A DNA stretch of 64,000 nt, taken from the NCBI RefSeq assembly GCF_009914755.1, contig NC_060940.1, one strand, 5' to 3'. Positions 45,627 to 62,730 of this stretch are shown here, piece after piece (positions within the stretch are counted from its first letter, which is position 1; each line of letters opens with the position of its first letter). The translations under genes were made by a program, and so were the position numbers. The notes under the pieces were generated by a model that was given only the letters and a program-made list of their open reading frames with translations, was not told the DNA's origin and searched no databases. The stretch is from the human T2T-CHM13v2.0 reference genome, Homo sapiens.

Positions 45627-47094
45627 AAACAGAGACTTCAACTTCCAATAGTGAGCAATTGGAGGTTACAAGATCCATAAGTGAATATTATAATGTATTT
45701 TTCAAAAATCACATCAAAAAAATTCTCAACATCTGATTAACCTAAGTATTTAATTAGTTTTGAAAATATGATAGAGAAAAATAGTTAACACATGGAATTT
45801 TCTGACAGATAATCTATTAACTACAGAAATTTTTATTGATGCCCCTATAGCTATGGATGATGAACCATTTACCAAATCTAAAGTCTATATGACTTCACAG
45901 GAGCAGATGGCAAACAGTGTCTCGGTTGAGATAATTTCTGCTTCCCTAACAAAATTTATTTTATTAAAAAAGATAATTATTTAGGATTCTGCTGTAGCAT
46001 TTTAAGATTTTAAACAAGATTAAGAAATATGCTTATTTTAGGCTGTGAATATGGCTTGCTATTTCAGGCACACTGTATTATTTTAATTATAATTCAGCAC
46101 CAAACATAAAATAATATAGTTTAGATAAGGAAAACCAAGGTGATTTTCAGAAATTAGTGTCTTGTCTCTTACTAGTTGCTAAGCAAGTTAGTTGGCCTGC
46201 CTGATGTTCTATTTATTTATTTTTACATGCATAGGAATTAAAAATGTATATAATGATAATATTTTCTGATTTAAATATTTTTATTTTAAACTGATATTCC
46301 TAATTGTTTTTAATAGTTAATTTTGTATATTTAAAAAATTATTTGTGGTAACAAATGTAAAAAATACTTATTTTTTATACTTCAATACACTAAGTGAAAA
46401 TATATTCAGATTCTGTGTACTTGGAATTCAATTACAGTTTGTTTTTTAATCATTTAAATCACTGAATATGATTTGACATTACGGTAGAAATAGAAAATAT
46501 AAAACTAGAGTTTAAAAACATTTTAAAAATAGAAAATAAAAAATAGATTCAAAAAAATCTTCAAAGTGATGGTCTGCTTATTTTTTTTTCTTTACTGTAG
46601 ATTCTAGAGGTACATGTGCAGAAGAATATAATGAAAATGTTGCTATACATTTTTCTTCTATGTAGCGAAAATAACACAGTTTTGATATAAGTGGAAAGAT
46701 AGGACAGAGAATACAAATGGTTTCTGTGAGTGCATTTATGAAATGTACTTAAATGTGTGAAATAAGTTGTGTCTACAGTTCAGATCAATGGCTTAATGGG
46801 AGTTGTTGTTTCAATAGGTTCCTGCTAAGAATGGCCTCTTTTAGGAATTGATTTTCAACCTCCACTTATATAGGACTTGAGTGGTCAAATTAAGTGAGAA
46901 AGTTCATTCTTGGCATTTGTGGGAAGGTTAGTTATGACTGTTGGTAGGAATTCTTTCTATAGGGAGTGTGACTATGAGAAGAATAACGGGAGGCCAATGA
47001 GATTCCCTGTAGAGAATGACACATGGAGGAATCTGCCTTGATATTTCTTAGCAGGAAAAAAGGAATGAGATTAAGTGGTATTGCTGCATCTTTA

Positions 47095-47570
47095 CTATGC
47101 CCTGCATACTGTGCTTGACACATTACAAGCACATATCATTTTATTTTTCAAACCACCCATGGTGTAATTAAACAATATTATACACATTATTAATAAACAG
47201 TTTGTAGGCACTGTTGTCCAGGCACTATTATCAGAAATAATGCATTCAATACTGACAATATCTCTATGTGATCATCTAATTTAGAGACAAAGAAAAGACG
47301 ACACAGCGTTAAGAAGCTTTACCAAAGAGATAGAGGTTATAAGTGTGGAACCAGAGTTTGAGCCCAAGAAAGTTGCTTACAGAATATGTGCTCATCACTA
47401 CAAGCTATAATGCCTCTTCTTTAGGCACTATCATCACCCTTTTAGTAGTGGAACTAAAGTTTATAAAAGTTATGTAGTATGCCCAATGTCACACAACTCA
47501 TAAGGAGGGAGAGTTGGAATTTGAACTCAAAACTGTCAGCCATTAAGCCTATTTCCTTTTCCCACCATAA
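47095..47570 (-). mobile_element. MIR-like remnants (probably two)
   Basis: ACTATGCCCTGCATACTGTGCT; AAGTGTGGAACCAGAGTTTGAGCCCAAG; GCCCAATGTCACACAAC...GAGTTGGAATTTGAACTCA. Confidence 0.5.
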
Positions 47571-48318
47571 CTTTGCCTTGTGAATATTGAAAGAGAGTTT
47601 CAGTAGCAAGCATTATAAGGATGTGCTGAAGGAGAAAGTCATTTGGAAGTAATCTTCTGAATTTATTTATTTATTTATTCATTCATTTATTTATTTATAA
47701 GTAAGGCTGTTATTATTTTATCTTACCATATCCTGCTTTTCAAAGCTTATGACTCTTTGCAACCTCAGATACCATCTCTTGACTGCTAACTTATCATCCA
47801 TATCCCATCAAGCCAAGTCTCCTCATCTCTGACACTTCCCACCATAGAAAGATCTTCTGCCTTTCATTTTAAGACCCAGCTTTTTGTGTATGTCTTTGTA
47901 AACCCATCAGCTGTTATTTAAACCCCTCCCCTCTTACCTAAGACTTACTATTTACCTAAAACTATTATTTAACATGTTAACTAAACATTTATGTATTGAG
48001 TTTTCCTATTTTTGTGCCATAGGTTCATGTCTTTTCTTCCTAATTTATTCAGCTATAAGTACAATTCTCACACTCTTTATCTACCTTAAAGTGAAAGATA
48101 TTGGAAGTATGCTAGCTGGTAGAATAAGGGTTGACTTCGTTTTTAACATGGTTCTAGTGCTTGATTGTCACTCCCCTTTCTTGGAGATAATCAATGTTGA
48201 TGGTACTCAGAGACAGTCTCCCCATGTTCAGTCATCAGCATTCCTGGACAAAGGCATCCTGAAATCATTTTCAGGAGAAGGCTTATTTGCCTTGTAGGTG
48301 ACTTTGTTGAAATATAAT

Positions 48319-48673
48319 TGTTACGATCTGAATGTCTGCATTCTTTCCAAATTCCTATAGTGAAACCTAATCACCGATGCAATAGTATTGAGAAGTGACA
48401 CCTTTAAGGAAGTAATTAGGTCACAAGGGTAGGCCAAGTGAATGGGATTAGTGGCCTTGTAAAAGAAGCTTGAGTGAGCTTGTTTGCCCCTTTAATAATA
48501 CATGGACACATAGAAACTGCCACTATAAGGAACAAGCCCTCACCAACCCTGAATTTACTGACATCTTGACCTTGGACCTTCCAGCCTCCAAAAGTGTGGG
48601 CAATAAATTTCTGTTGTTTTTAAATTACTCAGTTTAAGATAATTTGTTACAGCAGTCCAAACTGACTAAGACA
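48319..48673 (+). mobile_element. MaLR LTR (MSTD/MLT1A-like)
   Basis: TGTTACGATCTGAATGT...GAAACCTAATCACC...TGAATGGGATTAGTG...CAATAAATTTCTGTTGTTT...GACTAAGACA. Confidence 0.85.
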
Positions 48674-49597
48674 AGAATCATGGGGAAATCCGAACTGACT
48701 TATGCACACACAAACACAAATAATAGACATACCCTAAAATAATTCATTTAAAAATACATAAAGAACTTGTATTTTTTATCATGAACCTAACCAGCTAAAA
48801 AGTATCTGCCTTCATTTTTTCAAAAATTTAAAAAAATTATGATAAATATCAAGGCATCAGGACCAGTTTATAGTCTGAAGTCAGCAGCATGTACCTTATA
48901 TGACCTTTAACTTTTCCGTATAGTAAATTGTATATAGTTGATGAGTCATTGATCATGTTTACAGTAAGCTATATGTGTGATCGTTTTAGCAATGGTCAAA
49001 ATTCAGCATGTTCACACACACACACACCTACATATCAACCCATCCGCCCACTCTGACATGCACACATTTCACCTATTTTTTAGTTGAGGCTATCAGGAAC
49101 AAAAATAGATGCTTCTCTATTCTCCAGATATTCATTTTGACCATTGATTTTCCCAAGATTACTCATGAGGATTGCGAACATGAAACCAAACACTCAGCTC
49201 CGTTAATTGAGCTTTCTTTGGTTCACATCAGTTCTTCGACGTTTTTAATAGGATTGCATTAATGGAATTTTATATAGTTGGAACTGTTCAATACTTTTCT
49301 ACAAAGACAAGGTGCTTCTGCCTGAAAAGGTGATTACTCTAATTGTGCTATCTATTCTTCTGTAGAATAATGCCATTTTTCCATTTAGGTGGAGTTGACA
49401 TGTGTCAGGAAGCATCAATCAGCTTCCATATAAACAATCCTAAAGAAAAATTAGTATAGTTAATGTAATACTTCAGAGACATCTGGAAACATACCCATTT
49501 TGGAAATTATGGCTTTCATAATATGTTGATATTATATTATTTGTAAGTGCAACGTGTGTGTGTGTGTGTATATGTGTGTGTAAAGACAGAGGAGATT

Positions 49598-49904
49598 TGC
49601 CGGCTGCAGGGGCTCACGCCTGTAATCCCAGCACTTTGGAAAGCTGAGGCAGGCGGATCAACTGAGGTCGGGAGTTCGGGACTAGCCTGACCAACATGGA
49701 GAAACCCTGTCTCTACTAAAAAAAATACAAAATTAGCCAGGTGTGGTGGTGCATGACTGAAATCCCAAGTACTTCGGAGGCTGAGGCAGGAGAATCGCTT
49801 GAAACCAGGGGGCGGAGGTTGCGGTGAGCCAAGACTGCGTCATTGCACTCCAGCCTGGGCAACAAGAGCAAAACTCCGTCTCAAAAAAAAAAAAAAAAAA
49901 GAAA
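49598..49904 (+). mobile_element. AluSp-like, preceded by (TG)n at 49554-49581
   Basis: CTGAGGTCGGGAGTTC...CCTGACCAACATGGAGAAACCC; TSD AGAGGAGATT. Confidence 0.92.
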
Positions 49905-51090
49905 AGAGGAGATTAGAGGGTTAGTCAAGTCCTTAACTAATATGCACACTAGTAAAGAAATAATGAAGAAAATTAATTATATGTTTCTTTGGACAGTCCT
50001 ATTCTTGGCTCTCAAAGGTAGAGCACATTGGGGAAATGGAGTCAGTTTAATAAATAATGCCTTGGCTAGATCTTTCAGAAGAAACTAACAAAGGATGTTT
50101 CGGGAGAGAAAGACCAAAGCATGTAATTTCTATAACCACAGGAGATCTTTTCATTAGCCTCCTCTTTGGTTCTTAATAGTTTCCCAGATGCATCTGGGGA
50201 CTGCTATAATGATTATCTCTGTACAATTGCTCTCTCTCTTTATTGATACATAGAACTTCAATCTGATTGAGTGAAGAGAAAACATTCTATCTAATCTGCA
50301 TTATGTTATCACAAAGTCATTGCTGAGATAATGTTATGTTAAAATAAAATTGTATTCCAACCCCTTTTTAAGTATTTAAGTTCAGACATTTCAAATGCTA
50401 CTGAAACCCTACTAATTAACTCCAAGCAACTCTTGCTTACCTGTAAGGATCAGTAAATGCTTAGGAAGAGCCAGCTACTATTGGCACTAATGAAGTATGA
50501 AATAGACTAATTTTATCGTGTTTCTTTGCCTATTTTTTCTACCACACAGGAGCAGACATGCAGAAATTGTGTCTCTCAGATACACAAAAATTAGGTAATA
50601 TTCTCTCTAGTATTTTTCCTTTTCAAATCTCTTGTAACAAAATACAACCAGAAGCAGAAGCACCACAACCACCATCGCTGTCACCATCATCATCATTATC
50701 CTACACTTCTGGAGACTTGCCTCATCCAATGGTGTTTCCTTCCATTATGTTCTCTACATTGGTGTTGACTTGCGTTTTTCTCCTAAAACACACCAAGAGT
50801 TTCTCTGTATTCTTAAGATGAAAGCCAAACTATCCCATGGCACGCAAAGCCCCAAATAGTCAGACTCTTCCACATTTTTCCAGCGACAGGTGCAGTTTGA
50901 TCATTGTCTTACTCTGCTTCAGCCATACTTTTTTGTTTTTCCGATTTGTACACCTGTTCCATGCTCTCTTTCTCAGGGGGCCTTCTCACATACTGTTTTT
51001 GTCTTTCTGAAAAAATCATAACTAAACTTTTCACCTAAATAAGTTATCTTAATTTTATTTAGACCTTATCTTACTTTTCACTTTCTCAGG

Positions 51091-51882
<792 letters not shown>

Positions 51883-52621
51883 TCAGGAATAGTTACCCTT
51901 CTTAATATCATTGATATTTGTTGCAGGTCAGCAAACTGAACACTCTTTTATTATTATTGGTTATAACTATTATTGGTTATAACTAGAGTTAATTTTATAT
52001 TTTATATATTGTTCCCACTACTAGATTGTCACCTTATTATATGCTCTTATGTAATCATATCACTAAATATCCATTATTTCATTAGAATTTTTATGTATTA
52101 CTTGATACTTTGATTAGTTTGTATCTCTATGTATAAACCCAAGAATACATGGGTAGTTATGCATGCAAAGTTCAGTATTTGGAATGTAATACACTCATAA
52201 CAAATAATAAAATACTGTAGAGCATTATTGTGTTCCAGGAAATGGCTAAGGTGGTACAAGGTTTATTTAATCTCTGAAACAAACTAGTGGCTTTTTAGGT
52301 ATCACTGCCTCATTTTACAGTCAGTTGATAAAACGCCATGCCCAAAGTCCAGGAGTAAAGAATATAACCAAAATTCTTTTCCATGTCCACTATTCTAGGA
52401 AATATGCAAGTCATCACAATCTCTTCTCTGGCTTTCTCCAATTGACCCTTCCTGTCCAATCTTCCACCCAACCAAATATTCTCCTCACATTAATTCAGTC
52501 ATATCACACTCTTTCTTAAAACTCTCCAAACCCATCTTTCTTACATTAGATCCCCAAATCCTTAGAATTCTTTTTCAAATAATGTCAGAATAGTCTGTAG
52601 CAAACTATTCATCTTGCAGAT

Positions 52622-52649
52622 ACACACACACACACACACACACACACAC
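52622..52649. repeat. (CA)n microsatellite
   Basis: Direct inspection. Confidence 0.95.
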
Positions 52650-53029
52650 TTAAGACACCAGATAATGGAAAAAAGAAGGAAAAGATTGGAGGTTTGTCAA
52701 ACTTTGAAAACAAGAAAATGCACTGTCTGATAATTCCACTTACATGCTTCTTGCCTGAGTGTAGTCCAAATTGTTCTGGATGCCTTGAACTCAAGCAGAA
52801 AAATCACAGCATTCCTGGATTTCAGACTTAGAGATAAAGTTTGGAGTTGCCAGAGAAACTGGAAAATTAGTGCGAATAACTATATTATTAAATAATAATT
52901 TAACAACTAAACAATAACTTCATCTTTAAAAACTTTATTAAGTCTGAATCCACAGATGTGGGAGTCAAAAATATGAAGATAAATACCACTCAAATCCTTG
53001 CATAGCACCTGAATTATGCCTGTGCTAGA

Positions 53030-53345
53030 GGGAAAAAGACAATAAAGCAGACAAAAGATTAGAAGAAATAAAGGCACTACATTTCTCAAATTTGGTAAAA
53101 AAGAACCCCATAAACTTAAAAATCAAAAGAGCACAGGAAACACTAAACAGGATAAATACAAGAAGAATACATTTAGACATATTATAGCCAAAATGATGAA
53201 AAGCAAGACAAAGATAAATTTTAGAAATAATATATTTTTAATGAATTAATAAATAGTGTAGGAACAATTGGACATCAATGGACAAAATCTAAACTTTAAA
53301 ACCTTACACATTATACAAAAGTTAATCCAAAATAAATCATGAATT
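53030..53345 (+). mobile_element. Old L1M remnants (ORF1-like, then ORF2 3'-like)
   Basis: AAACAGGATAAATACAAG...TAGACATATTATAGCCAAA; then AATAAATAGTGTAGGAACAATTGGACATC...TTATACAAAAGTTAAT. Confidence 0.6.
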
Positions 53346-53664
53346 TATTTTCTATTTTATTTTTATTTATTTATATTTCGGCTACAGGGTCTCACTTTGT
53401 CACCCAGGCTGGAGTGCAGTGGCACAATCTCAGCTCACAGCAGCCTCTACCTGCTTGGCTCAAGCAATCCTCCTACCTCAGCCCCCAAGTAGCTGGGACC
53501 ACAGGCATGCGCCACCACACCCAGCTAATTTTTTTGGATCTTTTGTAGAGACAGGGTTTTGCCGTGTTGCCCAGGCCGGTCTCAAACTCCTAGCTGGTCA
53601 AGCAATCTCCTGCCTCGGCCTCCCAAAGTCCTAGGATTATAAGCGTGAGCCTCTGCCCCTGGCC
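53346..53664 (-). mobile_element. AluJ-type
   Basis: CAGGGTCTCACTTTGTCACCCAGG...GGCTCAAGCAATCCTCC...TTTGTAGAGACAGGG...CCTGGCC. Confidence 0.92.
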
Positions 53665-54139
53665 TGGATCTACAGCTCCCAGCGTGAGTGACGCAGAAGA
53701 CGGGTGATTTCTGCATTTCCATCTGAGCTTTGAAGAGAGCAGTGGTTCTCCCAGCACGCAGCTGGAGATCTGAGAAGGGGCAGACTGCCTCCTCAAGTGG
53801 GTCCCTGACCCCTGACCCCTGAGCAGCCTAACTGGCAGGTACCCCCCAGTAGGGGCAGACTGACACCTCACACGGCCGGGTACTCCTCTGAGACAAAACT
53901 TCCAGAGGAATGATCAGACAGCAGCATTCACGGTTCATGAAAAAACACTGTTCTGCAGACACTGCTGCTGATGCCCAGGAAAACAGGGTCTGGAGTGGAC
54001 CTCTAGCAAACTCCAACAGACTTGCAGCTGAGGGTCCTGTCTGTTAGAAGGAAAACTAACAAACAGAAAGGACATCCACACCAAAAACCCATCTGTACAT
54101 CACCATCATCAAAGAGCAAAAGTAGATAAAACCACAAAG

Positions 54140-55150
54140 ATGGGGAAAAAACAGAGCAGAAAAACTGGAAACTCTAAAAAGCAGAGCACTTCTCCTCCTC
54201 CAAAGGATCGCAGTTCCTCACCAGCAATGGAACAAAGCTGGATGGAGAATGACTTTGACAAGTTGAGAGAAGGCTTCAGACGATCAAACTACAAGCTACA
54301 GGAGGAAATTCAAACCAAAGGCAAAGAAGTTAAAAACTTTGAAAAAAATTTAGACGAATGTATAACTAGAATAACCAATACAGAGAAGTGCTTAAAGGAG
54401 CTGATGGAGCTGAAAGCCAAGGCTCGAGAACTATGTGAAGAATGCAGAAGCCTCAGGAGCCGATACGATCAACTGGAAGAAAGGGTATCAGCGATGGAAG
54501 ATGAAATGAATGAAATGAAGTGAGAAGGGAAGTTTAGAGAAAAAAGAATAAAAAGAAACGAACAAAGCCTCCAAGAAATATGGGACTATGTGAAAAGACC
54601 AAATCTATGTCTGATTGGTGTACCTGAAAGTGATGGGGAGAATGGAACCAAGTTGGAAAACAATCTGCAGGATATTATCCAGGAGAACTTCCCCAGTCTA
54701 GCAAGGCAGGCCAACATTCAGATTCAGGAAATACAGAGAACGCCACAAAGATACTCCTCGAGAAGAGCAACTCCAAGACACATAATTGTCAGATTCACCA
54801 AAGTTGAAATGAAGGAAAAAATGTTAAGGGCAGCCAGAGAGAAAGGTCAGGTTACCCACAAAGGGAAGCCCATCAGACTAACAGAGCATCTCTCGGCAGA
54901 AACTCTACAAGCCAGAAGAGAGTGGGGGCCAATATTCAACATTCTTAAAGAAAAGAATTTTCAACCCAGAATTTCATATCCAGCCAAACTAAGCTTCATA
55001 AGTGAAGGAGAAATAAAATCCTTTACAGACAAGCAAATGCTGAGAGATTTTGTCACCACCAGGCCTGCCCTAAAAGAGCTCCTGAAGGAAGCACTAAACA
55101 TGGAAAGGAACAACCAGTACCAGCTGCTGCAAAATCATGCCAAAATGTAA
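54140..55150 (+). pseudogene. L1-B ORF1, disrupted
   Basis: MGKKQSRKTGNSK...EMNEMK* (TGA 54521) then ...KRPNL...QNHAKM*. Confidence 0.92.
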
Positions 55151-55198
55151 AGACCATTGAGACTAGGAAGAAACTGCATCAGCTAACAAGCAAAATAA

Positions 55199-59036
<3,838 letters not shown>

Positions 59037-59780
59037 ACAATGGGAACAGATGGACACAGGAAGGGGAACATCACACTCTGGGGACTGTTGGGGGGAGGGG
59101 GGAGGGATAGCATTGGGAGATGTACCTAATGCTAGATGACAAGTTAGTGGGTGTAGCGCACCAGCATGTCACATGTGTACATATGTAACTAACCTGCACA
59201 TTGTGCACATGTACCCTAAAACTTAAAGTATAATAATAATAATAAAAAAGGCTCTTACATTTGATATGAAGTAATATATTTTTTAAAAGTAATAAAAGAT
59301 ACATATTGCAATCTCCAGAACTACTATAAAAATAACTAAACGAAGCAGAATTAAAGAGCCAATAGAGGAATTAAAAGAAAAAAAAACATGAGAAACACAC
59401 AAATAAACCAAATATTATAAATAATCCATTTAAGTAGAGATCTTTAGATTGGATAAGAAAGAAATCAAGCCTCAGCTATGAAACAAGATGCCATCCAGAT
59501 GATATGCATTTTATATATAAGCTTGAGAGCAGCAACGTGGAAGGAGCTGGAGGCTATTATCCTAAGCAAATTAATGCAGGAACAGAAAACCAACTACTGC
59601 ATGTTCTCACTTATACATAGGAACTAAGAACCGAGCACACATGGACATAAATATGGAAACAACAGACACTGTGGACTACTAGATGGTGTGGGTGGGTGGA
59701 TTGAAAAAAACTATTCACTACTGTCATGCCATATTTCCATGTGACAAATCTGCACATGTATCCCCTGTTGAAATAAAAGA

Positions 59781-60093
59781 GGCCTGGCACGGTGGCTCAC
59801 ATCTGTAATCCCAGCACTTTGGGAGGCTGAGACAGGTGGATCACCTAAGGTCAGGAGTTCAAGACCAGCCTGGCCAACATGGTGAAACCTTGTCTGTACT
59901 AAAAATACAAAAAATTAGCTGGGCATGATGGCAGGTGCCTGTAATCCCAGCTACCTGGGAGGCTGAGTCAGGAGAATCACTTGAGCCTGGGAGGCGGAGG
60001 TTGCAGTGAGCCGGAGATCGCACCGTTACACTCCAGCCTGGGTAACAAGAGAGAAACTCTGTCTCAAAAAAAAAAAAAAAAAAAAAAGAGAAA
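59781..60093 (+). mobile_element. AluS (Sq/Sx-like), followed by (TA)n at 60125-60152
   Basis: GGCCTGGCACGGTGGCTCAC...GATCACCTAAGGTCAGGAGTTC; TSD GTTGAAATAAAAG. Confidence 0.93.
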
Positions 60094-60120
60094 GTTGAAA
60101 TAAAAGTAAAAGAAAAAGGA

Positions 60121-60155
<35 letters not shown>

Positions 60156-60469
60156 ATTGCTATATATATAGCTTATTGCAAACAAAAAGCATTAGACACA
60201 CACAAACGTGACATCTATATTAATTCAGGGAAAGTAGATTTCAAGAAAATGCACATAACCTGAGATAATGAGAAACATTTTTTTATGATGAAATTGAAGA
60301 TTTCATCCTTAAATTTGCCAGGAAAACAAAATACTCATGAAAGTGTAGATGCAGAATAACCAAACAACACATGAAGGGAAAGCTAACAGGACTAAATGTT
60401 TCAATAGATAAGTCCATAGTCAAACATGGAGATGTAAACATTCCTTTCTCCATAACTGGTGGAACAAAT

Positions 60470-60842
60470 TATCTTAGTGTCTGCTGTTATAACAAATTAC
60501 CTGAGACTGGGTGATTTATAAAGAACAGACATTTATTTTCTCACAGTTCTAGTGGCTAGGAAGTCCAGGGTCAAGATTCTAGCTGTTTCCATACCTGGTA
60601 AGGACTGCACTTCATGTCCAAGATGATGCCTCTTGCTGTGAGCTCACATGGTGGAAGAGATGGAAGGGCGAAATACCCTAGCTAGTTCTCTCCAGCCCTT
60701 TGATAAAGCACTAATCTCATCCATGATGGGGGAGCCCTTCTGACCTAATCACTTTTTAAAGGCCCTGCCTCTTATTATTGTTGTACTGGGTATTAAGTTT
60801 CAAAATGAATTTGGAGGAGACACAAATATTCAAACTGTAGCA
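60470..60842 (-). mobile_element. MaLR LTR (MSTC-like)
   Basis: TCTTAGT...CTGCTGTTATAACAAATTACCTGAGACTGGGT...TCTCACAGTTCT...CTGACCTAATCAC...ATTCAAACTGTAGCA. Confidence 0.85.
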
Positions 60843-61987
60843 CAATTAGAGAAAAGAAAATCAGTAAAGATAAACAATGTCAACCATGTTTACCTACTCA
60901 GTATTTCACTGAAACAATACAGCATGTACATTTTTTAAAATGCAATGTAATAATAAGCAAATTGTCTTTATGTTGGGCTATATAAGTCTCAGCAAATACT
61001 GAGATATTACAATTATAGGAATATGCTGTCTGATCAAAATTGAATTTGACTAGAAATCTATAATAACATTTTTGCAAAGGGCACATTTCTAAATAAATCA
61101 TGGGTCAAAGAAGAAATAATGAGAAATTAGGAAATATCTTGGGTAGAATGGTAATGAAACTAGGATACATTATGATTTGTGTAGCTAAATAGTGATTAGA
61201 GGGAAATTTAGACCTTCAAATGCTCACAGTAAAAAAAGGAGAAATGTTTAAAATCAATGATCTAATTTTCTACTTTACGAAGCTAGAAATAAATGAGCAA
61301 ATTAAATCTAAAGTAAGTAGAAGAAAGGAAATAAATGGTAAGAGCAGAAATAAATAGACAATAAAAAACAGAGAAAACAAAAAATAACAACACAGAAACG
61401 TATTCTCATAACATTACAAATTCAGTCTTCCTGATACCCACCCATGGTCTAAGTTTTACCATTTATACACTCAAAGGACCGGTGATTTCTTCTTGTATAA
61501 TGCTGAAGATATCTGAAAACGCCTCTTCTCATGCCCCTAACCTGACAAGTTTCCAACTCTAGTAACAGAAATGCAATTAGAACAGTAACATCAGAAACGT
61601 TAGTGTTAGACCTGGGTATTTATTTTTCCCGCTTTTGGAAAACTGTATTCTAAAGGTCATCACACTCTTAGCACCTTTTCCCAGTTGTTCTCCACTTGCT
61701 ATTAGGCTCTTGGGTAGTGTCAAAATGGTCACATGTACTTTTACATATGCAGGTAACCTTGAGATTAATAATTACTTAAATAGCACATACTATTACATTC
61801 ATTTACCATTTTAATAACCAGTTATCAACACAGTTGTATTAGGATTGAAGGTAAAACTACAATTTGAGCTACAAGAATATTAAAGATGAAGCATTTTTAA
61901 AAGTGCCTGATTTTGATTCAACCTCCCTGTTAATACATTTCATACAAATTATGTCTGGGCCACATCTAAACTACTTGACAAAGGTTT

Positions 61988-62730
<743 letters not shown>

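Larger units (their letters stand above)
59250..61400 (+). mobile_element. Old L1M inter-ORF/ORF2 remnants with nested younger insertions, including an L1PB/MA-type 3' end at ~59525-59780
   Basis: GAAAGTAGATTTCAAG, AAGAAGAAATAATGAGAAAATTAGGAAATAT, TAGAGGGAAATTTAG, AAAGTAAGTAGAAGAAAGGAAATA; nested GGAGCTGGAGGCTATTATCCTAAGC...TGCACATGTATCCCCTG. Confidence 0.7.
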
